In this document: piece after piece, positions 26,836 to 38,131 of the stretch
Layout of the letters: each line of letters starts with the position of its first letter
Position numbering within the stretch: the first letter of the stretch is position 1
Origin: Bacteroidota bacterium
GTDB taxonomy: Bacteria > Bacteroidota > Bacteroidia > Bacteroidales > JACABE01
Direction of reading: 5' to 3'
NCBI GenBank assembly: GCA_037133555.1
Contig: JBAXNW010000006.1
Coordinates: forward strand, 5,129-69,128
DNA: 64,000 nucleotides
Translations under genes and position numbers: made by a program
The notes under the pieces: model-generated
Database searches by the model: none
Told to the model about the DNA's origin: nothing
The model's input: the letters and a program-made list of their open reading frames with translations, nothing else

Positions 26836-27600
26836 TTAACATTCATCCCAATAACTTAAGCGCTGGATAATTTCAACCAATAAACAGGTAACATTGTTCA
26901 CATTTTTATTAAAAACTTCCATCACGCCTTCCCATGAAACGGCTTCTGTATCGGTTTTCCAACAATCGTAATCAGTACTTAATGCAACTGCAGCATAAGG
27001 AATCATGGCTTCGTTGGCTAATATTACTTCTGGTGCAGTACTCATATTAATTAAATCGGCGCCCCAGTTAATAAACATTTTGGATTCGGCTCTGGTTGAA
27101 AACCTGGGGCCTTCAATGGTTACAATAGTACCATGGTGGTGAATATTATACTTTAATTCTGAAGCGGTGGCAATAATCAGTTGACTTAATTCCGGGTCAA
27201 AAGGGTCGGCCATGGGAGTATGCGCCATTTGATCCTGTTCGAAAGCTTCGAAAAAAGTAATCGAACGATGTCTGGTAAAATCAATAAATTGGTCAGGAAC
27301 TACCATGTCCCCGGGTTTAATTCCTTCTTTTAAACTTCCGCAGGCTGTTGTGGCTAAAATATGGGTGCAGCCCAGTTTTTTTAATGCCATGATATTGGCA
27401 CGGTTGTTTACCTGAGTCGGCGGAATGCTGTGATGAATCCCGTGTCGGGAAATGATGGCCACTTCAATTTCGCCTATTTTTCCTGTAATTACAGGAGAAC
27501 TGGGTTCACCAAAATCGGTGGTGACTTCAAGTATTTTATAATCAGTAAACAGGTTTAATTTTTCTAAACCTGAACCTCCGATGATTCCTAATTTTACCAT
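26836..27600 (-). CDS. mtnP: S-methyl-5'-thioadenosine phosphorylase
   Basis: 254-aa ORF starting MVKLGIIGGSGLEKL...ISRHGIHHSIPPTQVNNRANIMALKKLGCTHILATTACGSL, a typical MTAP/PNP family 2 protein. Confidence 0.88.
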   Translation of the reverse strand: MVKLGIIGGSGLEKLNLFTDYKILEVTTDFGEPSSPVITGKIGEIEVAIISRHGIHHSIPPTQVNNRANIMALKKLGCTHILATTACGSLKEGIKPGDMVVPDQFIDFTRHRSITFFEAFEQDQMAHTPMADPFDPELSQLIIATASELKYNIHHHGTIVTIEGPRFSTRAESKMFINWGADLINMSTAPEVILANEAMIPYAAVALSTDYDCWKTDTEAVSWEGVMEVFNKNVNNVTCLLVEIIQRLSYWDEC

Positions 27601-27678
27601 AATTTAATCTTATTTAATATTGCTAATTTACTAAGCTTTTGAAATCAGCAAAATAGAATGCTTCAGTTTATTATTCGA

Positions 27679-28491
27679 TTATTTTTGAGCAAAGGCAAAA
27701 CATTTCTCTGCAAAAGCCTTCATCGTAAATAGTGTTTGATCTCTTGCCTCTATATAGCCCATATGACCCACATTCAATAATAAAATTTCAGAATGATTGG
27801 GCAGCATGGCCTGAGCCATTCCTTGTTGAACAGCGACTCTGCTGTCCTTTTTACCTAAAATAAAAAGTATGGGAACTTGTAAATCTGTCAACACATTCAG
27901 TTTATCTTCCCTGATTTTCATTCCATTTTGTGCAGCAATAATAGCTTCAGCTGTCATGTCGATGACCTGTGATTGCAGTATACTGATTTCAGCTGCAAAT
28001 TTCTCCACATTTTCAGGAGCAAATAAGTCGGGGATAAACTGAGAGATGAAATTCTTACGGCTTTGCTTTACGATTTCACAGGTTCTATCACGGTTTTTTT
28101 TTGTTTCTTCGGTATCGGCCAATGCCTGGGAATGAAACAATCCCAAACCCTTCAACATGTTTGGATATTGATCTGCAAATTGAAGACTTGCATAGCCTCC
28201 CATCGAATGTCCGATCAAAACAAAGTTATCAATTTTCAGATGATCTGTAATTTGTTTTACAATATCAGTAATCAGTTCCATAGAATGGACCTCGCTGATG
28301 CATTCCGTTTTTCCATGTCCTGGCAAATCAATACAAACAACATTGAAGTTTTTGGACAATTCCTGTGAGAAATCTCTCCATATTAACAATGATTCCATAA
28401 ATCCGTGAAGTAAAACAAGGGTATTTCCCTGTCCTTCTGTAGAATAATGAATTTTTTTTGCATGGTAATCAAAGAAAGCTGAGGTCATCAT
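27679..28491 (-). CDS. Alpha/beta-fold hydrolase
   Basis: 270-aa ORF with an HGF oxyanion region (LVLLHGFMES), nucleophile elbow GHSMGG, and a C-terminal GHMGY His. Confidence 0.85.
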   Translation of the reverse strand: MMTSAFFDYHAKKIHYSTEGQGNTLVLLHGFMESLLIWRDFSQELSKNFNVVCIDLPGHGKTECISEVHSMELITDIVKQITDHLKIDNFVLIGHSMGGYASLQFADQYPNMLKGLGLFHSQALADTEETKKNRDRTCEIVKQSRKNFISQFIPDLFAPENVEKFAAEISILQSQVIDMTAEAIIAAQNGMKIREDKLNVLTDLQVPILFILGKKDSRVAVQQGMAQAMLPNHSEILLLNVGHMGYIEARDQTLFTMKAFAEKCFAFAQK

Positions 28492-28584
28492 TTAATTTAT
28501 TTTAGTATATACAAAAGTAACAAACTGTTTTGAAAACAGATAAGAAAAATAAAAATAAAATAGCTAAAAATGCTTTGATTGGTT

Positions 28585-28592
28585 TATTTTTG
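28585..28592 (+). promoter_or_regulatory. -7 box TATTTTTG upstream of dnaB
   Basis: Matches TAnnTTTG, 30 nt before the ATG at 28622. Confidence 0.45.
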
Positions 28593-28621
28593 CAGCTAAC
28601 AATTTTTTGTAATTTTGACAA

Positions 28622-30145
28622 ATGGAAGAAAATACTATATCAAAAGATAATAAACGCAAAAGAACAACGCAGAGCTTAGCTGCTATACATTCATTGGCAC
28701 AACAAGGGAGAATGCAACCTCAGGCAGTTGACCTCGAAGAAGCAGTGCTAGGTGCCCTTATGCTTGAACAGGATGCCCTCAATTCAGTCATAGATGTTTT
28801 AAAATCTGAGTTTTTTTATAAAGAACAGCACCAAAAGATTTATTCGTCTATTTGTCGTTTGTTTGCAAATTCGCATCCTGTAGATATTCTGACTGTTACC
28901 AATGAATTGAAAACTCAGGGTGAACTCGAATTTGTGGGTGGGGCTTATTATATTACCCAGCTAACCAATAGGGTTGCTTCAGCTGCTAACATCGAATTTC
29001 ATTCCCGTATTATTTCTCAAAAGTACATACAACGGGAGTTGATAAAAATTGCCTCTGAAATTGAGCATGATGCTTATGAAGATACAACCGATGTTTTGGA
29101 ATTGCTCGATAAAACTGAAAGCAGTTTATTGTCGATAGGGGAAAAGAATTTCAGAAGTGATTATTCTGATATGCAATCTATTATCAGAGAGGCCATCAAA
29201 GAAATTGAAGCTGTAAAAGATCACGAAAACGGATTGAGTGGTGTTCCTTCCGGATTTACAAAATTAGACAGGATTACTTCGGGTTGGCAGAAATCAAATT
29301 TAATTATTCTAGCGGCTCGTCCTTCGATGGGTAAAACGGCTTTTGCCTTAACCATGGCTCGCAATATTGCCGTTGACTTTAAGAAAGCTGTTGCATTTTT
29401 CTCTTTGGAAATGTCAGCTGTAGAATTGGTGATGCGTTTAATTTCCAGTGAGTCCCAACTAACTTCCGATAAACTAAAAAAAGGAAATCTGCAAGATTAT
29501 GAATGGGCACAATTAAATACGAAAGTAACTTCATTGATAGATGCTCCTTTATATATTGATGATACACCAGCACTTACAATTTTTGAATTAAGAGCTAAAT
29601 GTAGACGTTTAAAACAAAAGCATGATATATCGATGGTATTCATTGATTATTTGCAGTTGATGCAAGGTTCGTCAGAAGCAAAAGGCAACAGAGAGCAAGA
29701 AATCAGTATGATTTCCAGGCAATTAAAAGCACTTTCTAAAGAGTTAAGAATTCCGGTTTTAGCTTTGTCTCAATTAAGTCGTGCTGTTGAAACCCGTGGT
29801 GGTACAAAAAAACCTATATTGTCCGATTTACGTGAATCAGGTGCCATTGAGCAGGATGCTGATATTGTAATGTTTATCTATCGTCCCGATTATTACAAAA
29901 TTGATCAGGACGAAAAAGGCGATACACGTGGAATGGCTGATATTATTATTGCGAAACACCGTAATGGTGCTACTGATGAGGTAAGGTTAAGGTTTATTAA
30001 CACTTTTGCAAAATTTACCGATGACAATAGCACAGAATTTGATACCAATGATTATATCAGTCCGAACAATGAGTTTGATAACAGTCCTGTAACCAGAACA
30101 ATGCCTTCGAAAATGAATAATATGACAGATGAAGTCCCATTTTAA
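28622..30145 (+). CDS. dnaB: Replicative DNA helicase DnaB
   Basis: 507-aa ORF with PQAVDLEEAVLGALML in the N-terminal domain, Walker A ARPSMGKTAF, Walker B FIDYLQLM, and LSQLSRAVE. Confidence 0.95.
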   Translation: MEENTISKDNKRKRTTQSLAAIHSLAQQGRMQPQAVDLEEAVLGALMLEQDALNSVIDVLKSEFFYKEQHQKIYSSICRLFANSHPVDILTVTNELKTQGELEFVGGAYYITQLTNRVASAANIEFHSRIISQKYIQRELIKIASEIEHDAYEDTTDVLELLDKTESSLLSIGEKNFRSDYSDMQSIIREAIKEIEAVKDHENGLSGVPSGFTKLDRITSGWQKSNLIILAARPSMGKTAFALTMARNIAVDFKKAVAFFSLEMSAVELVMRLISSESQLTSDKLKKGNLQDYEWAQLNTKVTSLIDAPLYIDDTPALTIFELRAKCRRLKQKHDISMVFIDYLQLMQGSSEAKGNREQEISMISRQLKALSKELRIPVLALSQLSRAVETRGGTKKPILSDLRESGAIEQDADIVMFIYRPDYYKIDQDEKGDTRGMADIIIAKHRNGATDEVRLRFINTFAKFTDDNSTEFDTNDYISPNNEFDNSPVTRTMPSKMNNMTDEVPF

Positions 30146-30249
30146 CAATAAGATGGAAATAAATTCAAACTACAGTGCCTGATTAGTTTTCATAAATTGT
30201 ATGAATCAGTCTAATAACCCCTAAGTTTGTGTTATAAAAATTAAATTAA

Positions 30250-31512
30250 ATGTACAAACGAAAAATAATTATCCTTATTTTAATCATGATAAGTATTTCG
30301 CTCAAAGCTGCGTATATACTTATACCTATGGACAATACACAAAAAAATCATTTAAAGGCTTACGGAATTACGTATTGGGTATTGGAACACAATGTAGAAG
30401 CAAGTTGGCTGTTGAATTATCGCGGTGGAAGTTTCATGTTTAAGTATTCCGAATTATTTGAAAATGAGTTAAAAATCAGAGGTGTTTCTTATCAAGTAAT
30501 TGCAGATGTTCAAAGCACGGCTATTTTACAACAAATTGCAGATCCTGAAACTAATATGGATGAAGTAAAATTGCACAAGGCACCTAAAATTGCCGTTTAT
30601 TCTCCTAAGAACAAACAACCCTGGGATGATGCAGTAACCATGGTGCTTAAATATTCCGAAATCCCTTATGAAGTTATTTATGATGAGGATATTATGAATG
30701 GTGTAATGCCTTTGTACGATTGGCTTCATCTTCATCATGAGGATTTTACGGGTCAATATGGAAAATTCTGGGCAGCTTACCGCAATGCTGAATGGTATCA
30801 GAATGATGTAAAGATTTCGGAAGAAACAGCCAGAAAATATGGTTTTCAGAAAGTTTCCCAGTTAAAATTGTCAGTTGCCAAGAAAATAAGAGATTTTGTT
30901 GCAGGCGGTGGTTATTTGTTTTCGATGTGCTCTGCTCCGGATAGTTATGATGTGGCATTAGCCGCAGAACATACCGATATTTGCGATGTGATGTTTGATG
31001 GCGATCCCATGAGTCCCAATGCCCAACAGCAGTTAGATTACAAGAATTGCTTTGCATTTAAAGATTTTACAATTGTTACAAGTCCTTACGATTACGAAAT
31101 ATCTTCTATTGACGCTACTCAAACAAGAGGAAGAATAGCTCAGGACAAGGATTTCTTTACTTTGTTTGATTTTTCAGCCAAATGGGATTGGATTCCTACA
31201 ATGTTGTGCCAGAATCACGAAATGGTTATCAAAGGATTTATGGGACAGACCACTGCATTCCGTAAACAATTTATAAAATCGAATGTATTGATTATGGGCG
31301 AAAATAAAGCCTTGAATGAAGCACGGTATATACATGGAGATTTTGGAAAAGGCACCTGGACGTTTTACGGAGGTCACGATCCTGAAGATTACGAGCATCT
31401 GGTAGGCGATCCCCCTACCGATCTCAACCTCTTTCCCAATTCACCGGGATATCGGCTGATATTGAATAACATTCTCTTTCCGGCCGCTAAAAAAGAGAAA
31501 AGAAAAACATAA
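30250..31512 (+). CDS. Conserved hypothetical protein with N-terminal signal/anchor; family not confidently recognised
   Basis: 420-aa ORF with hydrophobic N-terminus IIILILIMISISLKAAY. An internal GGGYLFSMCSAPDS segment is reminiscent of a class-I amidotransferase-like nucleophile elbow. Confidence 0.7.
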   Translation: MYKRKIIILILIMISISLKAAYILIPMDNTQKNHLKAYGITYWVLEHNVEASWLLNYRGGSFMFKYSELFENELKIRGVSYQVIADVQSTAILQQIADPETNMDEVKLHKAPKIAVYSPKNKQPWDDAVTMVLKYSEIPYEVIYDEDIMNGVMPLYDWLHLHHEDFTGQYGKFWAAYRNAEWYQNDVKISEETARKYGFQKVSQLKLSVAKKIRDFVAGGGYLFSMCSAPDSYDVALAAEHTDICDVMFDGDPMSPNAQQQLDYKNCFAFKDFTIVTSPYDYEISSIDATQTRGRIAQDKDFFTLFDFSAKWDWIPTMLCQNHEMVIKGFMGQTTAFRKQFIKSNVLIMGENKALNEARYIHGDFGKGTWTFYGGHDPEDYEHLVGDPPTDLNLFPNSPGYRLILNNILFPAAKKEKRKT

Positions 31513-31575
31513 TAAAAAAGTCCTGTTTGGAATTTGTAAAAAAAACTTTTTTATTTAAATCTGACCAGACTCGAG

Positions 31576-32760
31576 TTAGTTTTTAATAAACTTAATTGTT
31601 TCAACTTTTTCATTAGCTTTAAGTTTTACAATGTATATACCTTTTAATAAACCACTTATGTCAATATCTGTTTTTTCTTGTTGAAGTCTTTGATGAAGCA
31701 TTTCCTGACCCTGAATGTTCAATATTTCTATAAGTGTATTTATTGGGGTAGTTAGGCTAATTTTACTGCTTGCCGGGTTTGGATAAACAGTAATACTTAA
31801 GCTTTTATCCAGTTCTTTAATTCCTGTAATATCTGATAATGCTCGTTTCCATATTCCATTTCCATTAGTGCCGGCGTAAAGATATCCGTTATAAATAATC
31901 AAAGAGGTAATAGTTAGATTTGTAAGACCAGCATTGACAGCTGTCCAGTTTGAACCATTGTTAGTAGAAAGGAAAACTCCACCTCCATAAGTTGATACAA
32001 AAATAGTATTTCCAACGTTTAACATTCCTGAAATAACAGGATTTGTAATGCCGGAATTTACAGAAATCCAGTTTGTTCCGTTATCGTTTGAAAAGAAAAT
32101 ACCGTTTGTAGTACCCAGAAGAATGTTATTGGAGTTCACAACTATAAAAAATATGTCAATGGCAGGCAAATCAGTTGTATTAATTGTTGTCCAGCTATTA
32201 GCATTATTATTTGAAAAGTATAAGCCAGCATTATAGGATCCAGCATACAGATTGCTTCCACTCATAATTAATGAAATAACAGTTTGATTTGTAAGCCCTA
32301 TGTTTTTTGTGGTCCAACTGTTTCCATTATCAGAAGAAAAGTATACTCCTTTACCACCATTGGCCGAACCTGCAAATATATTGTTCCCGTTAATTACAAA
32401 AGCCCTTACATCTGTTACAAATGGACTTGTATTGAGAGATATCCAGTTTCCACCATCATTATTTGAAAGATACAATCCACCTTGAGTACCAGCAAAAATA
32501 CAACTATCTTTTATAGCCAAAGCATCTACATTATATGAAGTTGGATTCCATATACCATTATTAACAGCATTCCAGCTTACACCATTATTGCTTGAAAGAA
32601 AAATACCATTGCTTTCTGTACCAGCAAATATATTACTCCCTTTAACGGCTATACTTAATACCACACTCCCATTGGGCCCGTTCATCGATTGCCATTGTGC
32701 ATTCACTTTCACTCCGGAGAAGATGCAAAGTAAAATTAAAGTATAAGTAAGCTTTTTCAT
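31576..32760 (-). CDS. BNR/Asp-box repeat (sortilin/Ycf48-like propeller) protein with T9SS C-terminal sorting domain
   Basis: 394-aa ORF with a signal peptide. It has at least six SxDxGxxW-type boxes (SSNNGVSW, SNNDGGNW, SSDNGNSW, SNNNANSW, SNDNGTNW, STNNGSNW). The CTD reads VYPNPASSKISL...GIYIVKLK. Confidence 0.8.
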   Translation of the reverse strand: MKKLTYTLILLCIFSGVKVNAQWQSMNGPNGSVVLSIAVKGSNIFAGTESNGIFLSSNNGVSWNAVNNGIWNPTSYNVDALAIKDSCIFAGTQGGLYLSNNDGGNWISLNTSPFVTDVRAFVINGNNIFAGSANGGKGVYFSSDNGNSWTTKNIGLTNQTVISLIMSGSNLYAGSYNAGLYFSNNNANSWTTINTTDLPAIDIFFIVVNSNNILLGTTNGIFFSNDNGTNWISVNSGITNPVISGMLNVGNTIFVSTYGGGVFLSTNNGSNWTAVNAGLTNLTITSLIIYNGYLYAGTNGNGIWKRALSDITGIKELDKSLSITVYPNPASSKISLTTPINTLIEILNIQGQEMLHQRLQQEKTDIDISGLLKGIYIVKLKANEKVETIKFIKN

Positions 32761-32779
32761 ATTATCATTTTATAAATAT

Positions 32780-32787
32780 CAAAGATA
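32780..32787 (-). promoter_or_regulatory. -7 box (TATCTTTG on the minus strand) upstream of the BNR-repeat gene
   Basis: The plus strand reads CAAAGATA, 20 nt upstream of the ATG at 32760. Confidence 0.45.
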
Positions 32788-32937
32788 TGATAATATTCAG
32801 CAATGTTCTATCTTCCAAGATGAGATTTGTCAATATAGAATATAAAATGCTCTATCAAAAGTTCTCTTTATAATGAATATGATTGAATGGGAATTATTAT
32901 ATTTAGTAATCTAAAAATATTAATTCAAAAGTTAATC

Positions 32938-33816
32938 CTATGCACTCATGCATTCAGCATCCGCTTTTACTTTCTTGATTAAACCCTGCAAAACAGTTCC
33001 GGGTCCTACTTCTGTAAATAGCGTACCACCATCGGCTATCATATTTTCAGCAATCTGTGTCCAACGAACCGGTGAAGTCAGTTGTGCAATCAGATTTTGT
33101 TTGATCTCATCAGGATTGGTAACAGGCTTAGCATTTACATTCTGATAAACCGGACATATGGGTGTACTAAAAGTAGTATTGTTGATAGCTTCAGCTAATT
33201 CGATACGGGCAGGTTCCATCAAAGGTGAGTGGAAAGCACCACCAACTTTTAAAGGCAATGCACGTTTAGCACCGGCAGCTTTCATTTTTTCGCAGGCAAT
33301 TTCAATGCCTTTCAGTGAACCTGAAATAACCAGTTGTCCCGGACTATTATAATTTGCAGGAACAACAATTTCGTCAATTGAAGCACAAACTTCTTCTACA
33401 ATTTTATCTTCCAGGCCTAAGATGGCAGCCATGGTAGAAGGTTCTTTTTCGCAGGCTTTTTGCATGGCATTGGCACGTTTAGCGACCAAACGCAAGCCAT
33501 CTTCAAAAGTGAGGGTTTTATTGGCTACTAAAGCCGAAAATTCACCTAAAGAGTGACCGGCAACCATGTCGGGTTGAAAACTTTCGCCCAAGGTATGGGC
33601 TAATATCACTGAATGCAGAAAAATAGCTGGTTGTGTTACTTTAGTTTGTACCAGATCCTCAGGGGTACCTACAAACATCAAATCGGTAATTCGGAAACCA
33701 AGAATGTCGTTGGCTTTTTCGAATAAGACTTTGGCTTCGGTATTGTTGTCATACAAATCTTTACCCATGCCTACAAACTGTGCTCCCTGTCCGGGAAATA
33801 CATATACTTTCTTCAT
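32938..33816 (-). CDS. fabD: ACP S-malonyltransferase
   Basis: 292-aa ORF with FPGQGAQFVGMGKDLY and the active-site GHSLGEFSAL. Confidence 0.95.
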   Translation of the reverse strand: MKKVYVFPGQGAQFVGMGKDLYDNNTEAKVLFEKANDILGFRITDLMFVGTPEDLVQTKVTQPAIFLHSVILAHTLGESFQPDMVAGHSLGEFSALVANKTLTFEDGLRLVAKRANAMQKACEKEPSTMAAILGLEDKIVEEVCASIDEIVVPANYNSPGQLVISGSLKGIEIACEKMKAAGAKRALPLKVGGAFHSPLMEPARIELAEAINNTTFSTPICPVYQNVNAKPVTNPDEIKQNLIAQLTSPVRWTQIAENMIADGGTLFTEVGPGTVLQGLIKKVKADAECMSA

Positions 33817-33950
33817 AAAATTTCTTTTATTATTTAACTTTCACTGAAATCATTCATTTATTTGCTGAATGCAAAACTGCAATGCAGTTGACAAAGCATG
33901 CAAAGTGACTTTGTAAAACAATTGCAATTTTCTTAATTCGTAATTTTTAT

Positions 33951-34688
33951 TTATTTACGGTTTCCTAAGAAACGGAGTAAGAATAAAAACAGATTGATAA
34001 AATCCAGGTAAAGGGTCAAGGCACCCATAATCATAAGTTTTTTAGTTGATTCAGCACCATAAACGGCTCCTTCGCCAATTCTTTTCAACTTTTGAACATC
34101 ATAAGCAGTTAAGCCTGTAAAAACCAACACACCGATAAAGCTGATGATGTATTCCATGGTTCCACTTCTCATAAACATATTTACAATACTGGCAATGATG
34201 ATACCTACCAATCCCATAATCATAAGAGATCCAAATTTGGTCAAATCAGTATTGGTTGTATAACCTGTAACTGCCATTATTCCGAACATTCCTGCTGCAA
34301 TGGCAAAAGTTATATAAATGGAACCTAAGGTATAAGCCAGAAATATAAAACTTAGACTCATTCCCATCAACACTGCAAAGATGGCAAACAAAAGGGTAAT
34401 TAAAGAAGCTGAAAAACGGGCAAAACCCATTCCCATCAATAGGACAAAACCTAAAGGAGCAAATGTAACAATATAACCTAAAGTCGACATTCCTCTTCCG
34501 CTTTCATTAATTAAAAGCCTCATAAGATCTCCATTGTTTGCAAAAATATAGGCAGTTACAGCTGTAACTGTCAATGCCAAAAACATCCAGGCAAACACCC
34601 CCGAAATAAAAGTACGGGTACTCGAAATGCTACCATCACCAATGGTAGTGTTGAGTGTATTAAATTTATTTTCTTCCTGATCAAACAT
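33951..34688 (-). CDS. Bax inhibitor-1/YccA family membrane protein
   Basis: 245-aa ORF with seven hydrophobic segments and a C-terminal ...LYLDFINLFLFLLRFLG motif. Confidence 0.85.
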   Translation of the reverse strand: MFDQEENKFNTLNTTIGDGSISSTRTFISGVFAWMFLALTVTAVTAYIFANNGDLMRLLINESGRGMSTLGYIVTFAPLGFVLLMGMGFARFSASLITLLFAIFAVLMGMSLSFIFLAYTLGSIYITFAIAAGMFGIMAVTGYTTNTDLTKFGSLMIMGLVGIIIASIVNMFMRSGTMEYIISFIGVLVFTGLTAYDVQKLKRIGEGAVYGAESTKKLMIMGALTLYLDFINLFLFLLRFLGNRK

Positions 34689-34714
34689 GGTATTTAAATT
34701 TTAAAATTATAATG

Positions 34715-34722
34715 CAAAGATA
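34715..34722 (-). promoter_or_regulatory. -7 box (TATCTTTG on the minus strand) upstream of the BI-1 family gene
   Basis: The plus strand reads CAAAGATA, 27 nt upstream of the ATG at 34688. Confidence 0.45.
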
Positions 34723-34815
34723 TAAATTTAACAAACAGGTTTTAAAAATGGGGATTAAAGATTGTTAAAAAATAAAAACCGTTATTATTTGAATCAAACA
34801 ATAACGGTTTTAGCG

Positions 34816-34886
34816 AGGTATCGAGCGGATTCGAACCGCTGTAGCCGGTTTTGCAGACCGGTGCCTAGCCGCTCGGCCACGATACC
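34816..34886 (-). tRNA. tRNA-Cys (anticodon GCA)
   Basis: The minus strand reads GGTATCG-TG-GCC-GAGCGGCTA-GGC-A-CCGGT-CTGCAAA-ACCGG-CTAC-AGCGG-TTCGAAT-CCGCT-CGATACC-T, a clean cloverleaf. Confidence 0.9.
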
Positions 34887-34903
34887 TTGTGTAAAAGCGG
34901 ATG

Positions 34904-34911
34904 CAAAGGTA
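34904..34911 (-). promoter_or_regulatory. -7 box (TACCTTTG on the minus strand) upstream of tRNA-Cys
   Basis: The plus strand reads CAAAGGTA, 18 nt upstream of the tRNA 5' end. Confidence 0.5.
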
Positions 34912-34951
34912 AAAATTAAAGTTGAAACTGCAAAATTATAATGAAAGCAAA

Positions 34952-35149
34952 CTACAATTTTGTATCTACTTTTAAATCAGCAAACTTAAGCAAACAATTT
35001 TTGCATAAACAATCCTTGTAATGCAAGGTAAGGTATTTCGAATTGCTTTCGCTGATGGAATATTTTGTACACCAACAGTCAGTGTTGTGAAAACATTCAA
35101 ATTCGATGCCACATGAAGGACAGCATTTATTTATAATTTCTTTTTCCAT
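34952..35149 (-). CDS. Small cysteine-rich protein (CWC-type)
   Basis: 65-aa ORF with 9 Cys, including CCPSCG, a CWC triplet and CKNC. Confidence 0.6.
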   Translation of the reverse strand: MEKEIINKCCPSCGIEFECFHNTDCWCTKYSISESNSKYLTLHYKDCLCKNCLLKFADLKVDTKL

Positions 35150-35156
35150 CTATTTG

Positions 35157-35186
35157 ATAAAAAAAATGAGAGCCAGGGCTCTCATT
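35157..35186 (-). terminator. Rho-independent terminator after atpC
   Basis: A 9-bp perfect stem (AATGAGAGC/GCTCTCATT) with a 4-nt loop. On the minus strand it is followed by a run of T (plus-strand A8 at 35159-35166). Confidence 0.75.
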
Positions 35187-35207
35187 TAATAATATATGTT
35201 TTAAAAT

Positions 35208-35444
35208 TTATTCAGCCAATACTAAAATTTTGTTTTTTAATACTTCAACAACGCCACCTTTTACTTCAAACAATTGGATTTGATTATTTTCGTCTTGAAT
35301 TTTAATTTTTCCGCTTTTTAAAACAGAAATCATAGGAGCGTGATCGTTAAGTATTTCAAATGAACCGTCTATACCGGGGAACTGAGCCAATTTGGCTGTT
35401 CCAGTAAAAATGGTTTCATCCGGTGTAATAATTTCGATATTCAT
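35208..35444 (-). CDS. atpC: F0F1 ATP synthase subunit epsilon (short form)
   Basis: 78-aa ORF immediately downstream of atpD. MNIEIITPDETIFTG...GVVEVLKNKILVLAE matches the epsilon beta-sandwich domain only. Confidence 0.85.
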   Translation of the reverse strand: MNIEIITPDETIFTGTAKLAQFPGIDGSFEILNDHAPMISVLKSGKIKIQDENNQIQLFEVKGGVVEVLKNKILVLAE

Positions 35445-35494
35445 TGTTTAAAATTTAATGTTAAGAGCTGTCGTATAAAATTTAAATTTACGAA

Positions 35495-37018
<1,524 letters not shown>

Positions 37019-37043
37019 TCAAAACGTTTTAAATTTTAATGCG

Positions 37044-37051
37044 CAAAAATA
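37044..37051 (-). promoter_or_regulatory. -7 box (TATTTTTG on the minus strand) upstream of atpD
   Basis: The plus strand reads CAAAAATA, 41 nt upstream of the ATG at 37003. Confidence 0.45.
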
Positions 37052-37197
37052 CTATTTTTTCTCTAATAATAAGCATAAGTTGTTGTATATTTTTTCTAAT
37101 TTTGACGTTTTTTACTATTTATAGTATATTTAAATTATTGATGAACGATGATTGCAATACTATTTGTAGTTTGATTGTTGTATTAAAAACTTAATGA

Positions 37198-38127
37198 GTG
37201 AAGATATATAATAATATTAAAGAAGTCCCTTTTATTCAATTCCCCGTTGCAACGATTGGAATGTTTGACGGTGTCCATCAGGGGCATCAGCAAATATTAG
37301 CGCATCTTGTAACGAAAGCGCAGGAAAACAATGGAGAATCTATTGTTATTACGTTCGATACACATCCACGTATCGTATTGCACCATGAATCCTATAAATT
37401 AAAATTTATCAATTCCTATCAAGAAAAAATTCAATTAATTGAAAAAGCAGGTGTTGATCATCTTATCTTTCTTCCTTTTACAAAAGAATTTTCTCTACAA
37501 TCAACGGCCGAATTTGTAAAAGATTTTCTTGTAAATAGCTTGCATATCAAAGCATTGATTCTTGGTTACGACAATCGTTTTGGCAATAAAGAAAATAATA
37601 ATTTCAGTCAGCTTTCCGTTATAAGCAATGAATATAAATTTGAGATTGAACAGGTTGAAGTAATGGAAATGGATGGGCAAGCTGTAAGTTCATCTAAAAT
37701 AAGAGAAGCCCTCGATAAAGGGGAAATTCAAATAGCCAATGAATTATTGGGTTATCCATATGAACTTTCTGGAAAAGTGGTATTGGGGAATCAAATCGGC
37801 AAGAAAATAGGTTTTCCTACAGCCAATATTGATCTGGAAAATGATTTCAAACTGATCCCTTCTATGGGAGTCTATGCCATTCGTGTGGAATGGAATAATC
37901 ATATCTACAATGCTATGCTTAATATTGGCATACGTCCAACGCTGAATATCAATAAACTCTCAATAGAAGCCCATTTATTTGATTTTGATACAAATATTTA
38001 CGGACAATATATAAAAGTGTATTTCGTTGATAAGATAAGAGATGAGCAACGTTTTGACAATTTGGAAAAACTTGTTGATCAGTTATATAAAGATAAAATT
38101 ACAGCCACTACCCTTTTAAAACAATAA
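37198..38127 (+). CDS. ribF: Bifunctional riboflavin kinase / FMN adenylyltransferase
   Basis: 309-aa ORF with an apparent GTG start, GMFDGVHQGHQ in the N-terminal part, and a C-terminal riboflavin kinase domain (GFPTANI...). Confidence 0.9.
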   Translation: MKIYNNIKEVPFIQFPVATIGMFDGVHQGHQQILAHLVTKAQENNGESIVITFDTHPRIVLHHESYKLKFINSYQEKIQLIEKAGVDHLIFLPFTKEFSLQSTAEFVKDFLVNSLHIKALILGYDNRFGNKENNNFSQLSVISNEYKFEIEQVEVMEMDGQAVSSSKIREALDKGEIQIANELLGYPYELSGKVVLGNQIGKKIGFPTANIDLENDFKLIPSMGVYAIRVEWNNHIYNAMLNIGIRPTLNINKLSIEAHLFDFDTNIYGQYIKVYFVDKIRDEQRFDNLEKLVDQLYKDKITATTLLKQ

Positions 38128-38131
38128 AAAA

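Noticed and set aside
28622-30145. Possible intein or insertion in DnaB, or a nearby replication origin given dnaB and dnaG in the window.
   Set aside because: DnaB is of normal length (507 aa) with contiguous motifs. I saw no cluster of DnaA-box-like repeats and no dnaA or dnaN genes.
34816-35149. tRNA-Cys adjacent to a 65-aa protein with 9 cysteines.
   Set aside because: It is an amusing juxtaposition, but there is no known mechanism or sequence link, and each has its own context. It is most likely coincidence.
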